Source: Chlorokybus atmophyticus (lineage: Eukaryota > Plantae > Mesostigma and Chlorokybus algae). Taken from it: 64,000 nt of DNA. This document shows, one piece after another, positions 37,270-48,160 of the stretch. The notes under the pieces were generated by a model. It had not been told where the DNA came from. It saw only the letters and a list, made by a program, of their open reading frames with translations, and did no database searches. Where the stretch lies: positions 1 to 64,000 of the forward strand of contig RHPI01001442.1 of NCBI GenBank assembly GCA_009103225.1, in the 5' to 3' direction. Position 1 is the first letter of the stretch; every line of letters starts with the position of its first letter. The translations under genes and the position numbers were made by a program.

Positions 37270-40200
37270 TCAAGCTACGAGCTCCGTGTAAACGAGCTGG
37301 TCTACGATGAAGCAGTGCCTATAGTTTGCCGGGCCAGCAATGGACATCAACTCTGCCTTTACTTCCGCGGGGGCAGCGGGTCTCTTCGACGTCCGCACGC
37401 GCCGGAGGTAAGTGTACACCCGCTCGAAGCACGCCGGACCCAACGCCTGCAAGCACTGCTGCCGCCAACCCTCGGATGTCTGTACTCTGGAGGGCGGCAA
37501 TGGGTCCACGACAAGCTCCTCCTCAATCCGCTCTTCAACTGCACCAGCATTGTGTGTTTTGTTATCAAAGCCAGCATGTTGGCCATGTTGTTTGTGCGTG
37601 CTTAACACAACTGACCTTCTGGTGCAGGAGCGTCTTGCAGCCGCCTGAGCTCATGCACCAACTGTGTCCTGTCTTCCTGCTGCTGCTTCTCTTGGCGCAC
37701 AGCTCGGCTGCTGTCGTCGTCCGGCTCATACGCCTCAAAGTCATCTTCATACGCATCATCCACATACTTCTGTGCAGGACATTGAAAAACATTGGCGTTA
37801 CATGCATAAAGCAATGCGCCGGAGTTGACAATGCTCCAAGACGTCCTCACCTGGCGTTGTGCACTGGGCTTTTTCTTGGCCTGCTGCTGCTTGGCAACAC
37901 GCACTTTGGCAGCTGCCAGTTTGGCCGATCTTGGAGACAGCGGGCTTCCCTGCACATACGCTCCAATGCTTGTGCTACAAGCAAGGATCTATGAACCTTT
38001 TTGAACGCGATGCATGAATCACAATTGCAGTGCACTGTGCTACTTTACCTGCCGCGTTGCTGTGGAAGGTGAGGCGGGCGTGCTTTGTTGAGAGTGATGC
38101 ACAGGGAACTCCTCTGCAGGAGAGGCTCATGTCAACACTAGAATGTAGCGTGCGCAAAACCTTTACAGCATGGCAATGAGTATGAGCGTTACTCTCACCA
38201 TCACTGTCTTGTTCATCGTAGTTTACATAGCGGAGATTGGTGGCTTCGTGTGCGGTGTGTCTGTGGGACACCACACAACAAGAAACTTTATCACACATGC
38301 TCTGAACATCCATGCCTGAATGGTAAGGAGTTGCTGTACCTGCGTGTAGTGGCCGAGTGGCTGCGGCGAATGCTGTCCAGGTGACTAGACTGTGCTGTGC
38401 GGATTGGCCTTTCATCATACGAGGGTAGGGACGGTGAGTGGCTGAAGCCTGGGCTACTGCCTGGCCGCCTGCACACGCACACAGAAGAGCCTTGTTAGCC
38501 CACAGGCAGTGAGTGTGATACTGATACATGTTCAATTGCAGACACATTTGGACTCATAGACCCACACATGTAGACACACCTGCACAGCAGGTACTCATAC
38601 ACACACGCACAGTGCATGCACACACGCATGCGCACGCGCGCAACAGCTGAAGGCCTCACCTAGAGCCAAGTGGGCTGTCTCTGCTATGCTCCTCCGATGA
38701 CCGGCTCCTGTCTAGTCTCTGTTGCTGCGGACCGGCACTGTTGCCTCTGTGTCCCGGCTTGGGCGAGCCGCTTCTTACAGGTGTCTCGTCCCAGCTGCTG
38801 GTGCTCGCTGGTGGCGAGTCCCGCGGGGCCAACGAACCCACAAGATATATCGAGTCCGGCCCGTCAAAGCTATCACGGCCCTCTCGTTCATGACTTTGCC
38901 TATCCAGTTGACAAAATTTGCTCAGGAAGTTGGGTCAAGCCATTGATCATCATGCCACGCACACTTAAGGCATTGGAAGTTGAACGATGCGTGTGCAAGG
39001 AGATTAGCGTACCAATTGTCATAGTTGTTGTGGTACGTTGGCGGCGTCTCATATGCTTGGTCGAATTCGTGATACGAGTGACCATTTGTGCCGTTCGATG
39101 TCGGTGCTGCCGGCGAAAGCGAGGTCGCATGAAACTGTGGGAAACAACATGACAATTTCAACTCGCCACCCGGCGCAGTGACGTGTGCGCGTGCATGTGT
39201 TGTTTGTTATACAAATGCGCGGACCTCGCGAAGGTAACGTAATTTGGCTTCGGAGCGTGATTGCAGACTGGAGCGGGCAGCATTGCGCAGCAGAGCCTCC
39301 TGTTGAGCAGCCCTCTCCTGCTTGCGGCGTCTCAACCGCTCGCTGGGGCTCATATTGTCCAGTGAGGAGGAGGAGGATTCCCCGCCTCCGTCGCTTCCGC
39401 TGGGCACTTGTGTGCGCACGTTGTGCAAAGGACCTCTGTTAGCTCCCGTTTCAACAACAACGTCGCGCTGTTCACGCTTTGCATCCGCAGCGTTCTCTTT
39501 GGAGCCATTCAATCTGCGCAGATTGCTGCAAAGGCAACAGAAGACAAGTCAGTAAACCACGACAAAGGCAAACATTGCACCGATGTATAATGTGAGGTTT
39601 CCAGATGTTGTACCATTGTATTTGCAGCATTGGAATCTGTGCACGCATATGCGAGGGCACACGCATATGCGAGGGCACGCGCATGTACATACACACATCT
39701 GCACCTCTTGAACTTGAGCTCCTGTAGAGCGCTGGTCTGGGCCAGCTGGAGCCTCTTGAGGTGCTCACTGACGATGTCAAATTGGAGGAGTTGGGACGCG
39801 GAGGGGCGTTCTGCTGGGTCACGGGACAGCATCGCGTCCACAAGGGCGGTCATGCGCGGGCCGTACCGCTCCGGCACCGGCGGGTTGGTCCCGGCGACTA
39901 TTTGGAATATCAACGACAACAAGTTCTGCCAAGAACAACGGGTTGGGTTGTATTCAAGTAAGGCAACATGGTCATTGTTGTCTGGTGCTTACATCGGCGT
40001 CAAAGGCGTGCTTCAGCGTGAGGCATTCGTACAGCACGCAACCGAGAGACCATATGTCTGACTTGTTAGAGTACCTGCCAGCACGCACAGTCAAGGAAAA
40101 GTGTTCAGTAAAATAGGCATGCACATGTACATGCATTGATGCCATCTCACTTGTTTGCGGATGCATATGTGTGCCATTACCGTTGATTCTGGCAGCATTC

Positions 40201-41876
40201 CGGGCTCATGTAGTACGGCGTGCCGGTCACCGTGCTTGCAAAGTCATTCGTGCCTTCTAGTACTTTGCTGATGCCAAAGTCAGCTGCGCTCAACAAGTCA
40301 GTGAAACAACAAGTTCAGCAACTGAGTAGTATAAACTGTGCTGGGACTGCTTGATGCAGCTATGTGTCAACACTGTGTGTCCACGCCGACTGCACGCACT
40401 GCTGTACTGTGGTTGATTTGATGTACCTATCTTGATGATGCCTCCAGCGGCAAGGAGAATGTTCTGCCACACAACCCACAGTAAGAGACCCTCTGCGTGG
40501 GCATGTAAATTCATCATCGCTGCTGTTCAGAATTGCACCTGCGTCTTTAGGTCGCGGTGCAAGATTTTGGCCCCATGCACATGGGCAAGACCCAAGGCAA
40601 TTTGAACAAACCAGTCCATTATGACCTGCACGAGACACCCGTATGAAACCAACACCAATGCTGCATGCTGATACCAGAGTCATAACAACCAGTATTGTCA
40701 GAATAGTACAATGTGCTGGTACCTCCAATGGGAAAAACGTGCCGGCGGCTGCTGCCTCTTTTATCTTGGTGTACAGATCCCCTTCTTCACAGTAGCTTGT
40801 AACTATGCACAACCTTCATGCAAGGCTCATAGTAAGTGCACTATCGTGTTCAGAGACTCATCAATGCCTTGTTCAGTCTACCATGATTGCAATGCCGAGG
40901 GATGCGGTTATGGCTGATTGAAGCAAGTTGTAACCATCAAGCACCTAAGGACGCATGCATACACGCAAGCAGTCGCACAGTTACCCACTTCCTCCATATG
41001 GCAAGCACTTACTGGTTTTCATGCAGAAAGCTCTCCTTGTAGCCTATGATGTTCTGGTGCTTCAACTTGGCAAGTGTTTGAGCCTGCAGAGTTGTTATTA
41101 CCACTATACGAATTATTACAATACCGACTGTCACACTACGTAAACGCTTGAACTGTCGTAGCTCACCTCACGCAGCGCAGTTTCGCCATCAGCCTGCTTG
41201 GCAGTGGGGATCATCTTGATGGCGTAGGTCTGCTTCTCTTTTCGGTGCTTCGCAAGATGGACCGTCCCGTAATTGCCCTGCCTGTTTGATCAAGCACAAC
41301 AGACACACATGCCTCATTCATCAACACTGTTGGAAGTTGTTATTGGGAGTGATTGGTTGTTATCATTGCTGTGTGCGCACACCACAAGCCAAGCGGGACA
41401 GTAGGCTCCTGCTGCTGTTGAGTCAAGCGATCTGCCTTTGGAATTGTGAAATATTGATTATTGGCAGACGCAACGGCAGCTTCAATTGTCGGCGCTTTGT
41501 GCACAACAGACAGTGTGTTGACCTTTACGCAACTGGACAATCGAATCACCTCAATTGTAAAGTTCTATGTGCTCAATCGTGAATACTGTTGCAGACTTGC
41601 ACAGCTTGAACGTAAAGTATGCCTTGTGGCGGGGTTACCTAACTGCCTGTGTCACGACCAGCTTAGCTAACTGCTGGCACCACAGCTTGCAGTTGGCAAA
41701 GCTGGAGCATGATGTTTTTCACGCTATGCTAAAATGTCGAAAAGATCACGCTTGCAGCTGCCTTTGTAAATGCTGTCGAGCTGTTAAGAAGCTCAGCACA
41801 CAACCAACCCTCATCTCATATCAGCTCAGAGCAGCTCAGCTCACCCAATGGCCCGCACGATCTTGTAGGCGTCCAT
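37270..41876 (-). CDS. NEK: NIMA-related (NEK) Ser/Thr kinase, many exons
   Basis: Spliced [11 protein letters not shown]|[51 protein letters not shown]|[37 protein letters not shown]-terminal [14 protein letters not shown]...DQLVY domain. Confidence 0.92.
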
Positions 41877-43656
41877 GACACTGTGCTGGGTTGTTGCGAA
41901 GGATCGCAGCTGATCGTCGTCACTTGGCGCTTCCTCTGAAGCTAACAGCTAGCTTTTCCCTGATCGGGCACCATTCCCCGCCTCTCAGAGGCCGAGGAAG
42001 CACCCGCCTCCGCCGCCTCCGCCGCTGCGGCGGAAGCGGCGGTCCTGCTGTGCCCGCTCGTTGCTGCTGACAGCGAGCAGCGGAGAGGCTGTCCCTTTCT
42101 GCGAGTTTCCTATTTGCCTGCTGCTTGCGCTCACGTGCGCATTCAACCGGAGTGAATCAGCCTGCAATTAGGCGTCAACTACCCCTTGTTTGTTTCACGA
42201 AGGTCATGCATCGATTGGCAAGGCCAAGTTTGCATACACAATATGGTGAACTAACATGGCAATGTGCAAGATCGAGTTAACGTTGATCGTAATGTACATT
42301 AAGCTATATGTTATCAAAAAGGGAGGTTTTATGTTGAGTCATTATAATCAACGAAGTTACAGTTTGTTAAGTAATCTGAACAATCTTAATAAACACATGT
42401 ACATTGAACATTAATGCCGCTTTAATCTTTGTGTAAGGTGGTGTTGCGTCGTAAATGAATGCAAATGCATTGATTTTAATCTGACAACATAACAATATTT
42501 AAACACATTTCGTACCGTTCTGATAGTGTGTACTACTACTAGCTGTTAACATTATGGTGTCTCATACCATGCTGCTATTTCCCACCCCTCACTCCATGCA
42601 TGCCGCAACTTGCGCATGTTAAGACAGTAAAGATGTAATCGTGTGCAATAAATATTAAGCAAAGTGCTGTTGTTCGAATGGGTATGGTGCATGATGCCCC
42701 TCAGCACTAACCATCATGATGCGGACATTTCGCTCACCATAGCAAACATAAGAGTTGCAATCATGATATAAACATATTGCGCGATATGCGCAGAGTACAG
42801 CTAATGTCCATATGACACGCACGATTGCGTGGCAGGTGAACACATATGCATGTGCATGCTTGCATGGCCAACGGATAGTAGGGGTAGTGTAATGTACAAA
42901 AGGTGCAAGAGGGAATTGTGTTGAAGTCTTGCGGTTTGTTCAACTTTAAGCTCCATTGCAGCTTGGCTGCGACGCATATTGGCAAACAATACCGATATCC
43001 GTGTCTAATTGAGCTAGACCTACAAGTATCGGTGTCCAATCTGTTTGGATATCGGTGAGTCCCAGCAGCGACATTTCAGCTCAGTTTATTGACTAACCGC
43101 GTTTGGGGGTGGATCAGTGTTAACGGTGATTCCTCCGGGCCCTTGGCGAAAGGTGCAAGCTCATTGGTGCATCTAGCAAATGCTGGCAAAACGTGGTGAA
43201 GCCTGCCAGAAGCCGTGTATGTAGCAGCAATAACATTTGCACTTGAGTAGCTAAGTAATTGACATGTTTGGAACCATTCCGTGATGTGTAATTATGCCAA
43301 CTTAGCCAATTCTACTCGTTATTGCATTGCATGCATCTAATCCTCATATAACTTGCCATTCGTGCGCGCATGCGCATGCGCACGAATGCCATATCACATG
43401 TTGGTTTTTGTAAGTCATGTGTGTCAAGTATTGATATGATATGTGCATGATAAGTATACATACAGGCTGCAACAGCATGTACAGCAAATGAGGATATGTC
43501 ACCAAAGTACATCAACCTACTGTTGCTGGTTGGCGGGGTACGTGCTTGGTACAAACCAAGCGCTACCTAACTGGCTATGCATGTACTGTTCATAAGTGAC
43601 ATGCCTAGCTGCAGCACGCAACTCGGGGAAGGGGGGGGGGGGGGGGGGGGGGGGGG

Positions 43657-43720
43657 NNNNNNNNNNNNNNNNNNNNNNNNNNNNNNNNNNNNNNNNNNNN
43701 NNNNNNNNNNNNNNNNNNNN
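43657..43720. other. Assembly gap flanked by poly-G tracts
   Basis: N bases. Confidence 1.
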
Positions 43721-43848
43721 TTACATTTGTATTAAGGGGGGGGGCGTGCAGAGACGTGTGTGGATGCGGTGCTCTGCTGACTGGGCATGTAATGTTGGGA
43801 GCGCAAGTCCATGGCAGACGCGGGGACAGGCATACGTGCAAAGCTTTG

Positions 43849-46653
43849 CTAACTGCCCATGGAATAGGCCTGTGGCTGAGAGTGGACAGAAGTGTGAGCA
43901 TGCATGTGCTCATTAAGCACCTGCTGAAAGTAAAAGTCGGTGTCGCTGAATGGGCCCAAGCCAAGGGTAGGAGGTGCAGGCTGATTGAGCACATGAATGT
44001 AGGTGGGTGAGAGCGTGGGGTGGTCCAAGTTGAATCCCGTCAGCACCTGGTCGACATCAGCCTCGGGTGCATGGGTGTATTCATCATCATAAGCAACATT
44101 GTAAAGACTGTGAAGGGCAGCATCAAACTCATCAGGCTCAACATCCTGAGTTGGCTCCTCCGTCAGCATGGCATTGGCCCCCTAGCTGGTGTTGTCGTCA
44201 TGCTCATCAAGCTGCTCTTGTTGTGGTCTGCAAAGTGCATGAATTGATCGCTCGCACATGCAGCATAACTACCTGCCAGATGTGAATCTCAATGTCATGT
44301 AGCAGATTGTCTGTGTTACTCACAACAAGCTCAAGGTATTTACCTCGTTGGCGGAGGAGTGTAAGCCAACTTGATAGCCGTCATCATGCTCACAGTGGTA
44401 CAGCTCATGCGGTTGCGCGGTCAGAGTGAAACCAACCCATCAAGGAAAATGTCCTCTCCGGGGCAGCTGCGTGTGGCACAATGTCAAGAAGCAGCACTGC
44501 AAGGTTGACTAGTTCTTTCGTGCTTGCTTGGCAAATACTTAGCCACCACGCTCTGACATTAAACTCTTCTCCCCCTACTGGTGCAATGAAAGGGGGTAGA
44601 GAGCTTATTGTACATCTGCATCTGCTTGAGCAAGCGCTGAACTTTTCTTATGCCGTGCCCTCTCTTTTTGTGCAGCAGTCCAGCCTGCGCGGTGAGCATT
44701 GCCGCTCTTAAGAACCTACTATAAACAGCAACAACACACAGCACCATGCAGCACAACACAGCCACACACGATGTGACTTTGTACAAGTGAACTCACCTCT
44801 TGCAAGTAGCTGCCATTTCGCAGGGTCGTCAGCAGCATGCTTGTAGCGGGGGTCAAGGAAGAGGGCTAACCTTGCCAAGGGTTGTATTCAAGACACAGCT
44901 GCAAGCAACAACCAAAGCACCTGCAGGGAGGTTGATCTCCTTGATAGCTCTGGCGAGATAGAGCCAGTATCGGGTTATATCAGCCAGTGTGGCATCAGCT
45001 GCTTGCACAGCCATGATGATTTTGCTGAATGGCTGCAGCAGCTCACACAGTGACGCCAAGCCTTCTCAGAAGGAGTGGTTGTCAATGATGACAACAAATG
45101 CATTGTTCTTCATGACATCACGGTGTTGCTTACGCACCAACCTCAAGGGGCCCTCCATACGTTGCACAGACTCTAAGCACTTTCAACAAGCGGAACCAAC
45201 TCATTGACAGAGCATGCATAGCAATAACCAGCTTGTACATGCATATGATGATTTGCCACTCTCTCACACCTATGCACGGAAGTGAAGCGGGTCTTGTTAA
45301 AGCTGTACAGTGTGGTGTTTATCCCATCTGCTTTGGCAGCGTTTTTTAGTAGAGCCAGAGGCCTATGTGATGCGCGGAAGTATGTCACAATCTTTTGGGC
45401 ACTCATAATGATGTTCTTGGCCCATGAGTAGTAGCCCACCACAAAGCCCATTGCAAGAAAAAAGCCATGCATGTAGCACCTGTGCAACAACATGTGCTGT
45501 CAAGCATATGTACAACCATTACTCACGCACGTTGACTGACAGTAATTTACCGCAATTCAATGATGTGCGTATAGTCCTCTTTGCCGACTAGCAACTTCCT
45601 AGCTGCTTTCATGTTGGCGGCATTATCAGTGACCAAAGCTGCCACCTTTGTTGCCCCAATGCGATCAATGCACTCACAAAAAACCTCCGCAATTGAGCAC
45701 TTGCATGAGCACATGCGCCTTCATGTGCTGCACGCCACAAGCACAAGCATGCGCAATGATTGATTGAAGGTCGTCAGCAAGTGTGCCACACGTTCAATGG
45801 TAATCACCATACAACCATACACTGACTGGTTGTTGACATTCGTTAAACCGTCAAGGGTGATGGTGGCGTTGATCTCCCCCTTCATACGCTCTGTGAACTG
45901 GTGCTGCACTACTGCATGTTGGTCGACCAACAACCTAGTTTGCAACTTTGTTGCACTTGTCAAAGCAAGCATGCATAGCTGAGCACGAGCGTTCAGGCAC
46001 ACATGTACACGCTCACGTACATGCACATACATGCAGACTGGCACGCATACATATGCAATTCCTTCATGTCTACACTGTTGCGCACAATGAGAATTACCTG
46101 GCAGTGTATATAAAGGGCGCAACGTCTGCACAAGATCAGTGAAGTACTTGCTGTTAGCAACGTAGTATGGTATGCCGCACATGACGAAAAATATCAACGA
46201 CTTGGCATCCAGCTCATCACACAGTCCTTTACCAAGTGAGCCACTTTCATAATGCGCAGTTATGGAAGATTGCTCAACTCTACGCTTGCGCCTCCCACCA
46301 ACTACATTTGCCGATTGTGAAGCAGCCCTGCCACGCTTGGCAACTAACGCTCCTAATGTTGCACTTCGCACAGGCTGAGTTACCGACCTGCACTCTTCTA
46401 TGGTGTGCCTCTCCATCGCCTCCACACGTGTATCCTTGTACTGCTTGCCGCAGTAGTTGCACTTAGCTCCAGGGCGCCTGTTCCTGTTGCCCATGCCCTC
46501 CATCTCAGTGAAGTGCGTCCATATCATGGTCGTGGGCGCACCACCAGGATATCGTGGGGCTGGGGTTAAGGCGCTGTCTTTGTGCTGCAGCGTGGACTCC
46601 TCCTCCTCCTCTTGGTTGTCCTCAGACAAGCTAATGGCAGCGTGAGTCGCCAT
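43849..46653 (-). pseudogene. BED-zinc-finger hAT transposase pseudogene, intron-containing
   Basis: BED finger WTHF...CNYC...H....C. Catalytic TLDG, VTDNAANM, CYMH, KTRFTS and APERTFS (~44455). In-frame TGA near 45068 and frameshifts (~45740, ~44410). Confidence 0.85.
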
Positions 46654-46721
46654 GGCCGGTAACGCCGCCGCCGCCGGCGGCTAGCAACTGCCTCACAGGG
46701 CGGGCGGGAAGGGCGCGACAC

Positions 46722-46803
46722 TTCGTTGCCGTTGGCGAAACCCCACTGTTCCCGCCAAATTCGAACTTGGCGGGAACATTGGGGTTTCGCCAACGGCGAC
46801 GAA
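46722..46803. repeat. 82-bp spacer-less palindrome upstream of the hAT transposase start
   Basis: 41-nt arms with 3 mismatches, compared base by base. Confidence 0.92.
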
Positions 46804-47474
46804 CAGACACCCTTGGTGCAACTTGGCGAGAGTGACGGCGAAACACGCATTGACGAAACTTCGTAGAAGCAACGTTAACACTGGGGTGGATGCTTTCGAA
46901 TACGGTGGCCATCGATTACCGTTGCGGTTACGATTGTGCCGTATACGTACCTCTATACCCAAAGCGTCTCTAGAGACGGTGTGGTATGTGTGGTCGAGAC
47001 GCTCAGCGTCTCTGCCGGTCGGCCTATGAACGGCACGTTATAAGTCCCTAACCTAACAAGTATCTATATCGGTTACCGACTGGTGATATTGAGACCTTGC
47101 AAAGGCTTGAATATCAGCAATCTTTACTCTCCTGTGGGTGGGCGTTGCTAGCGTGGGCGGCGGCGTGGGCGGCGGCGGCGGCGGAGGAGGCGGCGGCGGC
47201 GGCGGCGGAGTTACTAGTGCTAGTGTACTTAATGCTAGTTGTGCTTGACCGTGGAGGGCCCCTCCTCTGAGTTATATGATCAGTGGGCAGGGCACTGGTT
47301 AGTTTTGTTCCTTGCTGCACTGGTGAGTCAGTTGATACGATGCTTGTGTGTGCGTGTGCGTTGAGTTACGTGCATCATGTGCGTTGCATTGCGTGCAAGC
47401 ATGCGTGTGTATATGCGTGTGTAGCATACGCATGCGAAATTGTTGCTTACATGCATAAGTGTGTATGGCATATT

Positions 47475-47756
47475 GTGACATGTGGGGTTGTGTTGGCAGC
47501 ACCTCTGTTGATTGTTGTGCGGCAAGGCCTTCGACACTCTGTCAGCTGCTGCATGATAGCTCAGGTGGGTGGTGTAAACAGCAAGTTGCTATTGCGTGCA
47601 TGTGGCACAGCACAGCTTGTTACTGCATTGTGTGACATGTGGCATTGTGTTGGCAGTACCTCTGTTCATCGCTGTGCGGTAAGGCCTTTGACTCTGTTAG
47701 TTGTCGTATAGTAGCTCAGATGGGTAGTTGGGTGTCAACGGCAACTTACTATTGCA
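47475..47756. repeat. Degenerate ~157-bp tandem duplication upstream of the Crypton ORF
   Basis: gtgacatgtgg..ttgtgttggcag.acctctgtt...aaggcctt...tagctcag at 47475 and again at 47632. Confidence 0.85.
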
Positions 47757-48160
47757 TTGTACATTGTGGGGAACACTGTGCATTGTAGCAAACACTGTGC
47801 ATGTGGCAAACAGTGAGTGTAGCATGGGCTTGTTATCGTGGTTTGCGCAATGCATTTACATCACGTGTGAGTGTCAGCAGCTGCTACTACGTGTTCCATG
47901 TGTGTAGCATGCGTGTGTGTAGCATGGGCCTTTCACTGCATCGTCTGACACGTGTGATTAACGCTGTAGTATCTGTTGCTCACCAATGCGCGACAAGGCA
48001 GCAAGTGCCTCAATTGCCACCAGCAAGACACTGTCAGGTGGTGCTAGCTTCACAGGTGGGTGGGTGGGGTGGTGGGTGGCAGCTTGCTAATACGCTGTGC
48101 ACGCCTGCAACGTTTGTGCAATGCGGGCATGCATGCGACTCATTCATCAAGTGCAGGATC

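Larger units (their letters stand above)
43721..47050 (-). mobile_element. hAT DNA transposon (BED-finger transposase), decayed; one candidate TIR at 47050
   Basis: Transposase homology. Right end reads TAGGGACTTATAAC on the minus strand. The matching left TIR was not found and may lie in the gap. Confidence 0.7.

Noticed and set aside
43018-47064. acctacaagtatc / acctaacaagtatc as the hAT target-site duplication
   Set aside because: The left copy is not followed by the TAGGGACTT TIR and is not an exact 8-bp duplication.
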